Below, piece after piece: positions 1 through 9,174 of a DNA stretch of 38,030 nucleotides. A program made the translations under genes and the position numbers. Position 1 is the first letter of the stretch; the number at the start of each line of letters is the position of its first letter. The notes under the pieces are model-generated. The model saw nothing but the letters and a program-made list of their open reading frames with translations. It did no database searches and was not told the DNA's origin. The stretch is from a virus (Duplodnaviria > Caudoviricetes): positions 1 through 38,030 of the IMG/VR virus record IMGVR_UViG_3300027644_000030; one strand, given 5' to 3'.

Positions 1-605
1 TATATGCCAGTAGAATTGTTATACTGGTGCATAGTCGCGTTGATCTTGACGATAAACTCAACAAATGTATCAGCGCCTGTTGCTGTCTCACGAACCACAT
101 CAATGATGCGGATAGGCAGCGTGTTAGTAGTAGTTTGAGTGCCTTCATCAATCGCTACTGCTGAATTACCAGTGGTGGTAGAGCCAGCGTTTTGAATCAA
201 AGCAATGTTACTACCAATAGCAGCGATGCCCATTCCGGCCACGGTTGTGGTTGCAGAACAAGAGACTACTTGGAACAGCGTATCAGGATCATCTGCAACA
301 ACTGCAAAAATCTGCGTGCCAGACTTGATAGACTGACTTGCTGGATAAAATTGCTGTTGCTGGACTTGACCATTACTGTTAGTAAAACTTACGCCCAAGA
401 ACACACCGCAAGGAGTGGCAGTTGTTGTGCCATTATCTAACTCGATTGTTCCTGATGTAATACGCTTTACCAAATCACCATAGAAAATGCTGGTGGCATA
501 ACCACTTGCAATTTCCATCAGACGGGTTGCACCCGCAAATACCTGTCCACCTATTAGGTTTACAGGCTTTAGACCGTAAGGGGCCGAGACTGTAGGATAA
601 GCCAT
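1..605 (-). CDS. Putative head structural (decoration/minor capsid-like) protein, about 201 aa, stop codon cut by the window edge; not in ORF track
   Basis: Manual translation MAYPTVSAPYGLKPVNLIGGQVFAGATRLMEIASGY...HQYNNSTGI; AGGAG RBS upstream; Gly/Thr/Ala-rich; downstream of the scaffold gene. Confidence 0.7.
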   Translation of the reverse strand, partial: MAYPTVSAPYGLKPVNLIGGQVFAGATRLMEIASGYATSIFYGDLVKRITSGTIELDNGTTTATPCGVFLGVSFTNSNGQVQQQQFYPASQSIKSGTQIFAVVADDPDTLFQVVSCSATTTVAGMGIAAIGSNIALIQNAGSTTTGNSAVAIDEGTQTTTNTLPIRIIDVVRETATGADTFVEFIVKINATMHQYNNSTGI

Positions 606-621
606 AAAGACTCCTATTTAT

Positions 622-1095
622 TTAAGTACCAGAACCGAAAGTAACCTTAGACTTTTTCTCTGAAAAAAGAGGCATTCTAGGATCATTTTCACGAAGGAAA
701 TTGTTATCCACCGAGTCAATCTGAGACTTATTTTGCTTGTCGTAATAATCGGCACGCTGTTTTAAGAACTCTTCAGGAATACGGCACAATAACAACCCAC
801 CAATTTCAATACCGCCTTTAAAGCGGCCTTCAACGGTGGCGTGCATCATAAGCTCGGGATAATCCTCTGCTTTGCAGGGTTCATATCCTTCACGTAACTT
901 AGAAGAAATATTACTAGGATCAGCTATACCCATTGTACTAATGCGAACGTATCTATGTTTCCAACCGGGACGGTCTTCAGGCATAGGCAGTGTCTCGGGC
1001 GGACGCCACGCTTCAGGGCGCTGCATCTTCTGACGAGTATCCGCTTCACGGGCAGTACGATTTTGTGTCTTCTCAGACGATAAAACTTGATCCAT
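622..1095 (-). CDS. Conserved-looking phage head-module protein, function unknown
   Basis: 157-aa ORF coupled to the scaffold gene stop; lies between scaffold and head protein genes. Confidence 0.7.
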   Translation of the reverse strand: MDQVLSSEKTQNRTAREADTRQKMQRPEAWRPPETLPMPEDRPGWKHRYVRISTMGIADPSNISSKLREGYEPCKAEDYPELMMHATVEGRFKGGIEIGGLLLCRIPEEFLKQRADYYDKQNKSQIDSVDNNFLRENDPRMPLFSEKKSKVTFGSGT

Positions 1096-2096
1096 TATTC
1101 ACCTCTTCTTAGTTGAGCAACCTGTTTAGCGTATTCTTCCAAAGGAACCCCAAGACGGCGAGCAATCGCTGCTTCAGATGCCTTCAGCCTAATACGATTA
1201 GGCGGAGTGCTACGGGAGGCGGGTGCCACCACGTTAGCGGGCTTTGTTGCACGGCGCGGGGTTTCATCCTCGTAAGCCGGTTCTGATGCCTTTTTCGAAG
1301 GGGCGTCATCTTCATAGCTCTGAGCACCGTCATAGTACTCAGGAAATCGTCGACGCATTGTAGCGTCTACTTGTTTGTAGTAGTCATCAGACCCCACAAA
1401 GTTAGCACCATGTTCCTTTGCCAGCTTTTGATGCAACCCAAGGGCGGAAGCTGTCATTTCAGGATCGGTGCCAAACCAAGTGTTTTTCTGCATCCAACTT
1501 TCATCTTTTGGAGTAACAGAGGGTTGATTTGTACTACGTTGTTGTATTTGTACATTATTTTCTTCGGCTTGTAAAGGCCTCATGTTCTGAACTTTATCTA
1601 AATTCAGCGTTGCCCGTGAAACTTCAGCCTGTGCTTCTACAACAGCATCAGAATCCCCAGACTCATAAGCCTCTTTGTATCTCTTCTTGGCATTCTCAAA
1701 TTCCATCCCAGCGGAACTCTTTGACTGCTCGATGTACGCTCTTGACCCAAGCGAGACTTGCTCCTGTAGCCTGCGGTTTTGATCCCACAATTGCTTGGTT
1801 ATTCTTTCAGCCGCCTCACGCTCGCGCAGTGCTTCTTCTTTGGCACGGCGTTCATCATGGTAGCCACGTGTAAATTTCTTTAGGCGCAACTGGACTTTCT
1901 CGTCATAAGTGGCGAGTTCATCTTCAGTGGGGTCTTCAGGTGGTGAATCGTCGGGCTTACGGCCACGATCTCTACGAGGCGTATCGTCTTCAATTTCTAC
2001 ATCAAAGCTACCATCGTCTGTATCTACGGGTTTACCCTTAGCTTCTTCATCCTCATGAGGAAACTTAAAGTCGTCTTTTAACTCAGCTTGTGCCAT
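1095..2096 (-). CDS. Putative capsid scaffolding protein
   Basis: Acidic N-terminus, long charged coiled-coil, C-terminal helix-loop-helix (EAAIARRLGVPLEEYAKQV); downstream of portal; GGAG RBS. Confidence 0.7.
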   Translation of the reverse strand: MAQAELKDDFKFPHEDEEAKGKPVDTDDGSFDVEIEDDTPRRDRGRKPDDSPPEDPTEDELATYDEKVQLRLKKFTRGYHDERRAKEEALREREAAERITKQLWDQNRRLQEQVSLGSRAYIEQSKSSAGMEFENAKKRYKEAYESGDSDAVVEAQAEVSRATLNLDKVQNMRPLQAEENNVQIQQRSTNQPSVTPKDESWMQKNTWFGTDPEMTASALGLHQKLAKEHGANFVGSDDYYKQVDATMRRRFPEYYDGAQSYEDDAPSKKASEPAYEDETPRRATKPANVVAPASRSTPPNRIRLKASEAAIARRLGVPLEEYAKQVAQLRRGE

Positions 2097-2106
2097 GTGT
2101 TACTCC

Positions 2107-2517
2107 TTATGATGCACGTGTAATGCCACGGGGGTCTTCCACGACTGCTTCAACCGAATCATCATTGAGGATGCGGAATTCACGGCCATGAATCTTCAGG
2201 CGTGTACCTGAATTAGGGCGGATGATGACAAAGTCACCCTCCTTGCAACTCGGCCCGCTTGGGAAACGAGTGGTATCTTTGTAGCAGTCAGGCCCAAGCT
2301 TGACCACAAACAACACGGGTGTCAGCACTTCTTCATGGTGCATGACTTGGCTTGATTTAATTAAGCCAACTTCGCTATCAGCAAACTCTTCCATAGCTTC
2401 CGGCACTACACAAAGTAGGTGAAAAGTTTTAGGGTCAGGCAACTGCTTAGCTTTATCTTCGGACGGCTTATTAAGAATGCCAGATAAGTCCACAGCAGCA
2501 ACGTTAAATTCAGTCAT
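2107..2517 (-). CDS. groES: GroES/Cpn10-like co-chaperonin
   Basis: GroES-like pattern (LLCVVPE...GLI...VVKLGPD...KEGDFVI...GTRLKIHGREFRILNDDSVEAVV); start moved to ATG 2517, which follows a GGAG RBS. Confidence 0.8.
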   Translation of the reverse strand: MTEFNVAAVDLSGILNKPSEDKAKQLPDPKTFHLLCVVPEAMEEFADSEVGLIKSSQVMHHEEVLTPVLFVVKLGPDCYKDTTRFPSGPSCKEGDFVIIRPNSGTRLKIHGREFRILNDDSVEAVVEDPRGITRAS

Positions 2518-2707
2518 CAGATTTCTCCATTTTTTGCACGAGGTCATTAATTACATTCTCTGCTAGGTTAAGACCCCGGATTACCCCACAGATACTTCGA
2601 TACTCTTCAATGTCAGCGGCTCTGCCGTTGGCAAGGTGAAAAGCCTGTTCCGCTCTAAGTCGTTCTATCTCGTTAGTGATATACGACAAAAGTTTGTAGT
2701 CGTTCAA
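2510..2707 (-). CDS. Small hypothetical head-module protein
   Basis: 65-aa helical ORF overlapping the portal stop and the GroES-like start. Confidence 0.7.
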   Translation of the reverse strand: MNDYKLLSYITNEIERLRAEQAFHLANGRAADIEEYRSICGVIRGLNLAENVINDLVQKMEKSDD

Positions 2708-5202
2708 TCTCTCTCCCTTTTAGGTTTCTGATTTGCTCTTTGGCCTGCCATTTGGATGGCCATCTGAGCCTTGTGCTTGGCGATATCAGCGCCAATTCGA
2801 GTGCCTTCAAGAAGTTGTTGCTTTTGAAGTTTGTCTTTAGCAGCAGCAGCGCTTGCGCCCACTTGCATAGCTGCAATTTCTTTTTGAGCTGCAATACGTG
2901 ATTCTTCAATACGGAGTTGGTCAGCCTTAGCCGCCGCATCAATTTGTTGCTTTTGGACTTTAAGTTGAAGCTCTTGCATCTTGATTTGCAACTCTTGCTG
3001 CTGCATCTGAATAAGCGGGTCTTGCGCTTGCTGCTGAGCCTGTTGTTGCGCGGCCATTGACTGGGCTTGCTGAGTCATACGAGTAGACGCTTGTGCAGCT
3101 AATTGTGCAACTTGTGCAGCTACTTCTGGAGCCATGTTCTTTTCTTGATCCTCTGTAGGCAACAACAATCCAACTGTTTGCTCAATCTCTTTGCGATATG
3201 CGTACGCCAAGTGCTCGTTGATGTGAGCCATCATCGCAGCTATAAGTGCTTGACCCTGTGGGGTCTGCCCAACTAAACCCATGATCTTGGGGTTCTGAAG
3301 CATGCTTGTGTGCACTGCAATATGCGCTTGGTGATCTTGCTCAATAAACGCCTTTACAGGCTTGCCTGTTAACACGTTCTGGTTCTCTTGCACTGGGTCT
3401 GTAGCTGTTGCATCATCCTCAATTGGGATTAACTTAGCTGCGTTCTTAATGCCCAACACCTCGATCATCTGACGGTGCAGGAGTGGCAAGTTGTAGAGTT
3501 GTGGTGCTGTTTGCGCTAATTGCAGTGCAGCTTGGTATTGCACAATCTTCTGCGCCATTGTTGCAGCGTTTGGATCACTCACAGGAATCACAGCGACCAT
3601 GTCGTAGTCAGACTTCTTAGCACGGCGTGAACCATCGACTGGCTCGTAGTCATACTCTTCTGGTGTGTAGTCAGCAATGATTGCTTTTAAAAGACGGAAC
3701 TCTTGACGCATCGAGTAGTGCATACGCGCTTGCACTGCACCCATCACTTTTAACGTACGCTCAAGAATAGCCAGCGTTGTACCCACGGGTGCTTGCGCAC
3801 TCATGTCACTGACGTTCATATCTCCTGCGGATGCAAACTGTCTACCCTCTTGCACAATGTTCTGGAACAAGGCAAAGAGAACCTGACTGGGCTCCTTGTA
3901 AGGCAGAGGCAAGATGTTGTCTCGGATGGATCCGCTTGGTACGTCAACATCACGAAACTCTCCCGGTGCGATAGGCGTGTCGTCGCCCTTGACTCGGAGT
4001 CCCCGTGACTTGAGGCCACCCGGTAAGTTAGATAGCGTACCTGCATCAACGAGCTGCCTGATGAGCATGGTCGCGCTCTTCGCATATCCGCCGATAAGGT
4101 GAATGAGACCATATCCATAAAAGCCAAACCCCGGTATGTATTGATAGTGAACAAAGTGTTGGCGCTTAATGTGCAGCGAGTCATCCTCATACCAATTGCG
4201 GCGAATGGCAAGAATCTTAGTTGTTGCTTTCTCAACAGTTACAACATACGGCAGTGCGATACCCGTCATCTCACCATCTTTATCAACGTGCTCGTATCCC
4301 TTCAAGTCAAGGTCAACGTGCATCTCAAGTATGCGATACCTCTCATCCTGCACCGCTGACATGCCTGTCTCTTCAGCTTTCTGTTTCTCAATATCATCAA
4401 GCTCACCGGACGGCTCACCCAACTCTACGTCGCTGTAGAACCCAGCATCCTGCAACTTAAGAATCTCATTCTCAGTCTTACGCATCACGTGCGTAACCCG
4501 CTCGGCACGCTCTAAGTTAGACGCGCCATAAGGAACAACAATGTCTTCCGCTGGGATGAACATCGCAACTTGACGTCCAATGCTTGGGTCGTAGTAGACC
4601 TTCTTAAACGCCGAACCAGACAGAGGTAAATTCCACAACAACTTCTCATGCTCTGGGCGATACTCAACCATCACCTCAGTGAGTTGGTAGTTCATGTCTT
4701 CTCTTACGCGAGCAGACGCTTCTTCTTTACCGGGAGTATCTTTCCCCAAGATTTGCGTCTTCACTGGGCCAGCGGCGGGGAACGTCTCCATGATGCCTTC
4801 ACTTTGAAATCTAACGACGCTTTCTGTCAACATGGGGTGGAACACACCACAAGCACCGGCCCACGGCTCTGTTCTTTCCTCGTACTTTAAGCCTAGTAAC
4901 TTTAAGCCGTCAACATAGGTTCTAATCCAATCTTTGCGATCACCAATGTCTTTATCAAACTCAGCAACCAACTCACCACCAAGAGAGTTAAGCGCACTGT
5001 CGTCCATGAAGTCAGCAAGGTTGGCATCAAAATCTTCATCATCTTCTTTACCGGGCTCCAGTTCAATCTCAATATCACCCATGCTAATACGCACACCTTC
5101 GGGGTCTTCAATCTCAATCTCTATTGGGGGAGCCATATCCATATCGTCTTCGATACCCAAGGGGGCTGCGTACAAACCTTTGTCTATTGAATTCGTTGCC
5201 AT
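2704..5202 (-). CDS. Portal protein with long Gln-rich C-terminal coiled-coil (P22-like barrel)
   Basis: 832 aa directly after TerL; portal-like segments (GSAFKKVYYD, GFYGYGLIHL); Q/A-rich helical tail. Confidence 0.88.
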   Translation of the reverse strand: MATNSIDKGLYAAPLGIEDDMDMAPPIEIEIEDPEGVRISMGDIEIELEPGKEDDEDFDANLADFMDDSALNSLGGELVAEFDKDIGDRKDWIRTYVDGLKLLGLKYEERTEPWAGACGVFHPMLTESVVRFQSEGIMETFPAAGPVKTQILGKDTPGKEEASARVREDMNYQLTEVMVEYRPEHEKLLWNLPLSGSAFKKVYYDPSIGRQVAMFIPAEDIVVPYGASNLERAERVTHVMRKTENEILKLQDAGFYSDVELGEPSGELDDIEKQKAEETGMSAVQDERYRILEMHVDLDLKGYEHVDKDGEMTGIALPYVVTVEKATTKILAIRRNWYEDDSLHIKRQHFVHYQYIPGFGFYGYGLIHLIGGYAKSATMLIRQLVDAGTLSNLPGGLKSRGLRVKGDDTPIAPGEFRDVDVPSGSIRDNILPLPYKEPSQVLFALFQNIVQEGRQFASAGDMNVSDMSAQAPVGTTLAILERTLKVMGAVQARMHYSMRQEFRLLKAIIADYTPEEYDYEPVDGSRRAKKSDYDMVAVIPVSDPNAATMAQKIVQYQAALQLAQTAPQLYNLPLLHRQMIEVLGIKNAAKLIPIEDDATATDPVQENQNVLTGKPVKAFIEQDHQAHIAVHTSMLQNPKIMGLVGQTPQGQALIAAMMAHINEHLAYAYRKEIEQTVGLLLPTEDQEKNMAPEVAAQVAQLAAQASTRMTQQAQSMAAQQQAQQQAQDPLIQMQQQELQIKMQELQLKVQKQQIDAAAKADQLRIEESRIAAQKEIAAMQVGASAAAAKDKLQKQQLLEGTRIGADIAKHKAQMAIQMAGQRANQKPKRERD

Positions 5203-5211
5203 AATTTATCC

Positions 5212-6732
5212 TTAAACTGTATAGAACCGCTCGCGGCGGTGACTTTTAAACCATTTAATCTCTTCGGGCTCATCGCTTGGTAAACGTAAGAACCCACCCT
5301 GACGAAAGCGCATAAGCGCTAAAGTTGTTGAGTCAACCAAGTCATCATGCTCGCCTGACGGAAATGCTGCAACTTCATCTACTAGCTCTTCTGCCCAGCG
5401 GGTCTGTGGAACCCACACTTTCCCACTCGCAATTATGTCTGAGACCGAGTTCAAGCGGGCAATTTTGTCTTGGCCTTTACCCGGTGTAAACTCTTGCACA
5501 GGTATACCCATTGCTCTTAAGTCATAAATTAGCGGCGCACCGGACGCCTTCTTCTCTACGATCAGTGAGTCGGGCTCATACTCGTTGTACTCTCTGAGCA
5601 CATCTCGCTTTAGTTCTGGAAACTCAACCCGCTTCTTATACGTGTTGAGCAAAATAATGTTAGGGGCAAAGTTATCTTCTTCGCAGTTAAAAATGCCCCA
5701 CGTTGTCCCTGCGGAATAGTCAGCACGCTGGGATTTTTCAAACGCCGTATCCCACGACTGTAGAATATAGTCGCAAACTGGCGGATCGTCTTTCTCCCAC
5801 CACTTCCACCAATCACGCTTAACAATTGCGCTCTCGTTGCCAATAGGGTTCTGCTGATACTGCGCTTGCCACTTACTATTAGGCAACTCTTCCCGTAAAG
5901 CCTCAAGTTCTTCTCTGCTCCAAAACTGTGGCCACACTGGATTACCTGAAGGCAAGATTGCAGGAAACTCAATCACTTCCCACTCTTCACCTGATCTTTG
6001 CGCCGCAGATTTAAGCACCTGACCCGTCAAATCTCTTGCTGCCCAGCGTGTCATCACGATCACAATTGCTCCACCCGGCTGCAGACGCTGACGAGGGCCG
6101 GATGTGTACCACTCATACACCTTGTCGTAGATGTCTGGGTTACTAGCTGCCATTGCAGCCTCTTGTTCTGAGTGCGGATCGTCAATAATGAGCACATCTG
6201 CACCCTTACCGGTCACTGTACCGCCTACACCAATCGCAAAATAGTCGCCGCCCTTGCTGGTATTCCACCTTCCGGCTGCTTTTGAGTCCTGTTGGAGTGC
6301 TAAATTAGGAAAGATACCGTTATAAACGTCCGAATCCACCAAATTTCGCACTTTTCGACCAAATCCGACCGCCAATTCGCCCGTGTTAGACGCCTGAATA
6401 ACTTTTTTATGTGGAAACTTGCCCAAAAACCAAGCTGGAAGCAGGTATGAAGCAAACTCAGACTTAGTATGACGGGGAGGCATATTAATAATAAGCCGCT
6501 TGCAAGTACCATTTGCCACACGCTCAAAGGCTTCTGCCATTCGCTTGTGGTGTGCACCAGATATGAATGTGGGCCACACTCGTTCAACAAATTTGATGAA
6601 TTTTTCTTGGCAAAGTTCACGGTCTTTGAGTTTCTCGAGTTTAACAAGCGAAGCTTCTAGCACGCGCAGGTCAGCGTCCGACAGTTTGCCGGTACTTATT
6701 GCCGCTTCAATGTCTTTAAGCGTTAGGCTCAT
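5212..6732 (-). CDS. terL: Terminase large subunit
   Basis: Walker A-like MPPRHTKS, Walker B LIIDDP, coupling motif MTRW, RNase H-like nuclease motifs SWDTA and HDDLVD. Confidence 0.96.
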   Translation of the reverse strand: MSLTLKDIEAAISTGKLSDADLRVLEASLVKLEKLKDRELCQEKFIKFVERVWPTFISGAHHKRMAEAFERVANGTCKRLIINMPPRHTKSEFASYLLPAWFLGKFPHKKVIQASNTGELAVGFGRKVRNLVDSDVYNGIFPNLALQQDSKAAGRWNTSKGGDYFAIGVGGTVTGKGADVLIIDDPHSEQEAAMAASNPDIYDKVYEWYTSGPRQRLQPGGAIVIVMTRWAARDLTGQVLKSAAQRSGEEWEVIEFPAILPSGNPVWPQFWSREELEALREELPNSKWQAQYQQNPIGNESAIVKRDWWKWWEKDDPPVCDYILQSWDTAFEKSQRADYSAGTTWGIFNCEEDNFAPNIILLNTYKKRVEFPELKRDVLREYNEYEPDSLIVEKKASGAPLIYDLRAMGIPVQEFTPGKGQDKIARLNSVSDIIASGKVWVPQTRWAEELVDEVAAFPSGEHDDLVDSTTLALMRFRQGGFLRLPSDEPEEIKWFKSHRRERFYTV

Positions 6733-7337
6733 GGCGACGAGCTCTGCTCGGGTGAAGGCTCATTGTTAGGTACGTCTTCGCGGGTATCTTCTGCTGGGCC
6801 TAGTAGCGTATCCAGATCATCTAAGGGCGTTACGTCTGTAATCTCTGCATTCATGAGCCGCTTGATGCGCTCTTTAATAGAATCTTCGAGCCCTTTGCTC
6901 GTAGTGTGGTGCACAGTAATCTCACTGCGTTCAGTAAATAGACCAATATCTGAATGTTTGCCAAGAAGCTCAAGCGCTTTGATCTCAATCTTCGGATCAC
7001 CACAATCAGTCATCTTGACTAACTTATTTGTAATAAAGGTGCGGGCCTGTTGTATATCTGCAAATGCTTGAAAGTCAAACGTCTGGATAAGGACTGAGGC
7101 AGCTTTGGCTTCAGCAGCACTTTGTATGTGTTTAGGCGCAAGGGGTTTATCAACACCTTTGATTACTTCGGCAACCGAATGTAAGTCTTTATCAGCAAAA
7201 TCAATGGTGGGGCCTAGAGATTCCAACGCAGCCGTAGTGTTTACAGCGATAGCGATGCCGTCCTTGTGAGTCTTGGGCTGCTCATCGGACAGATCGAACG
7301 GTAGCTTGTGCTCCGTTGTTGGTTGGATTTCAATCAT
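6729..7337 (-). CDS. Putative terminase small subunit
   Basis: Immediately upstream of and overlapping terL; KALELLGKH segment typical of TerS oligomerisation helices; ATG 7337 preferred as start. Confidence 0.55.
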   Translation of the reverse strand: MIEIQPTTEHKLPFDLSDEQPKTHKDGIAIAVNTTAALESLGPTIDFADKDLHSVAEVIKGVDKPLAPKHIQSAAEAKAASVLIQTFDFQAFADIQQARTFITNKLVKMTDCGDPKIEIKALELLGKHSDIGLFTERSEITVHHTTSKGLEDSIKERIKRLMNAEITDVTPLDDLDTLLGPAEDTREDVPNNEPSPEQSSSP

Positions 7338-7641
7338 AGGCACCGTAGGTAAACGGGAATGCCCAGAATGTAACATAACTTTTTAAATTTTTGCAAAATT
7401 TTTTTGAGTGGGCCTTTTATTTTTGCACCGGGGGGTGTTTCTATATTGGGCTTTATATCATTGTGGTACAGAAAACATAAGGGGGAGGGGGGTATTTTTA
7501 AATGAAGTCATCGAGTGAGCAACACAGTGTGTATGTGGTTGGGGGACTCCTTGCTGTCAATTTGGGGTGTGCCCCCTCGCTGGGCGCGGGTTTCTAACTT
7601 TTGTTAGGGTCACCCCCATCGAATTATCGTATAGAAAAGGC

Positions 7642-7670
7642 TTGCAATGTATACCACAATTTGCTAAGAT
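7642..7670 (+). promoter_or_regulatory. Sigma70-like promoter for the first early gene
   Basis: TTGCAA-17 bp-TAAGAT with extended -10 TG, upstream of ORF 7744. Confidence 0.6.
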
Positions 7671-7743
7671 AGACCTATGGCAACGGATTTGTTGCTGTAC
7701 CGGTTAGGCGGTTTCCTAACATACGTTAGAAGGTATCAGTATC

Positions 7744-8250
7744 ATGACATCAGTTATCACCACAAACACAAACGATTCTATTCTCGATCAAGCCGAGATT
7801 GCATTAGTTGACGGCGTAAGCAAAACGGGTGACCTTATTCAGAATTATGCGAATGTGTTGTGCCAAGTGTTCGATCGTAAGGACACAAACGGCAACACTA
7901 TCGAGAAATGGTTTAACCTTGTCGGTGCGGAGAAAAAGGGTATCAAGGCACGTCGTGCGTCATTCGTACAACGTATGATTGTTAGGGGTCACGTCAAACC
8001 CGACGGCAAACCCACGGCAACAGTTGACACATATTGGATGCGGGTTAAGGAAGCTAGCGGATATGTGCCAAAGGGTAGAGTGTTAGGCGGTACAGACGTA
8101 GACAGTAAGACCATGGCAGAACTGAAAACCATGATAAACCGCATCTTGAAATCGGAGGAAGACGGACAAGATTGCAACGCATCACAATGGAAACGTGAAC
8201 TGATGCAAGTATTCGAGGGCATGGGCGGAGACGTTGACACCCTCGGCTAA
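7744..8250 (+). CDS. First early gene, hypothetical protein
   Basis: 168-aa ORF with AAGG RBS behind its own promoter. Confidence 0.8.
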   Translation: MTSVITTNTNDSILDQAEIALVDGVSKTGDLIQNYANVLCQVFDRKDTNGNTIEKWFNLVGAEKKGIKARRASFVQRMIVRGHVKPDGKPTATVDTYWMRVKEASGYVPKGRVLGGTDVDSKTMAELKTMINRILKSEEDGQDCNASQWKRELMQVFEGMGGDVDTLG

Positions 8251-8257
8251 GTAAGGG

Positions 8258-8281
8258 GAACCTAGGGGAAACCCTAGGTTC
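8258..8281 (+). other. 10-bp hairpin with GAAA tetraloop
   Basis: GAACCTAGGG-GAAA-CCCTAGGTTC directly after the ORF 7744 stop, abutting the palindrome at 8281. Confidence 0.75.
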
Positions 8282-8312
8282 TAACATTTGTTAGATTTTA
8301 TCGGAGAAAATT

Positions 8313-8441
8313 ATGCACAAGATTTGGTTCCGCCCTCATGGTTCATCAGGGGCTCTTAGCGTAGAAGTTAACACGGTTTTTGCTTCGCACGTTTGGGACT
8401 TGCTGAACAAAGAATTTTTAATGGTTTCAGACCGCCCCTAA
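8313..8441 (+). CDS. Small hypothetical protein (42 aa), not in ORF track
   Basis: GGAG RBS, MHKIWFRPHG...MVSDRP*, followed by a terminator. Confidence 0.6.
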   Translation: MHKIWFRPHGSSGALSVEVNTVFASHVWDLLNKEFLMVSDRP

Positions 8442-8461
8442 ACCTAACATTTGTTAGAACC

Positions 8462-8486
8462 AAGCCCCGCTAGTCGGGGCTTTTTT
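8462..8486 (+). terminator. Rho-independent terminator
   Basis: AAGCCCCG-CTAGT-CGGGGCTT followed by a T-run. Confidence 0.88.
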
Positions 8487-8550
8487 GCGTCTGTTCCTAA
8501 CAAATGTTAGCGTACCACTATGTTATTTTTCTCCAGAATTTTTGCGATGT

Positions 8551-8643
8551 ACCAGTTCTCTGTGCGGGGGTAGGGGTAAGCATCGTGGGCTACAGAGCTT
8601 GGCTTAAAAGTATCGTTGCACCAGTTCTCTGTGCGGGGGTAGG
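8551..8643. repeat. 24-bp perfect direct repeat, two copies
   Basis: ACCAGTTCTCTGTGCGGGGGTAGG at 8551-8574 and 8620-8643. Confidence 0.9.
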
Positions 8644-8681
8644 ATTAAGCCTTTCTAACAAATGTTATGTTTCTGTGTGAC

Positions 8682-9174
8682 GTTTTTAGGGGTAATGTTA
8701 CGTTACGTTTTACGTAAGTCGTTGATTTTAAAGCAATGTTACATGTTACGTTTTTTTTGAAATGAGTGTGAGAGTCCGCAGGGACAAAGCAAGGCAGAAA
8801 GTGCAATCTGTGGTATAGGATAATCTAGGAAAGCCTTATATATAATATTGTAAAAAACTTAACTTTATAACATTACACAATTTTTCTTCCGCAAACCCTT
8901 GATTCTATTGGGTTTCATAATGTTATATGTCAAAACTTTTCAACGTAACATTCCACAACATTGCCCCTAAAAACATAACACTCAAAACGTAACATTACTG
9001 CACCGATGCACACCCCGAAATACTTGACTTATATGTAACTTTGTGGTATAATATAAAGATGGGTTGGGGTTATTGTTTTGTAACATTACCAAGCCCATGA
9101 AGCGCAAACCTAACATTTGTTAGGAATGTAACATTAGAAAATTAGAAAGGTCAGAGAATGGTAAACGTAACATT
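8682..9174. other. Putative replication origin or nucleoprotein hub
   Basis: About 10 GTAACATT/AATGTTAC-type octamers, 18-bp inverted repeat (8682-8699 / 8957-8974), AT-rich core near 8836-8886, two IHF-consensus matches. Confidence 0.5.
9024..9052 (+). promoter_or_regulatory. Strong sigma70 early promoter
   Basis: TTGACT-17 bp-TATAAT with extended -10 TG. Confidence 0.88.

Noticed and set aside
192-440. Plus-strand 82-aa ORF
   Set aside because: Antisense to the well-supported minus-strand head gene at 1-605
8551-8643. CRISPR array
   Set aside because: Only two repeat copies, no clear internal palindrome, no cas operon; kept only as an unexplained direct repeat
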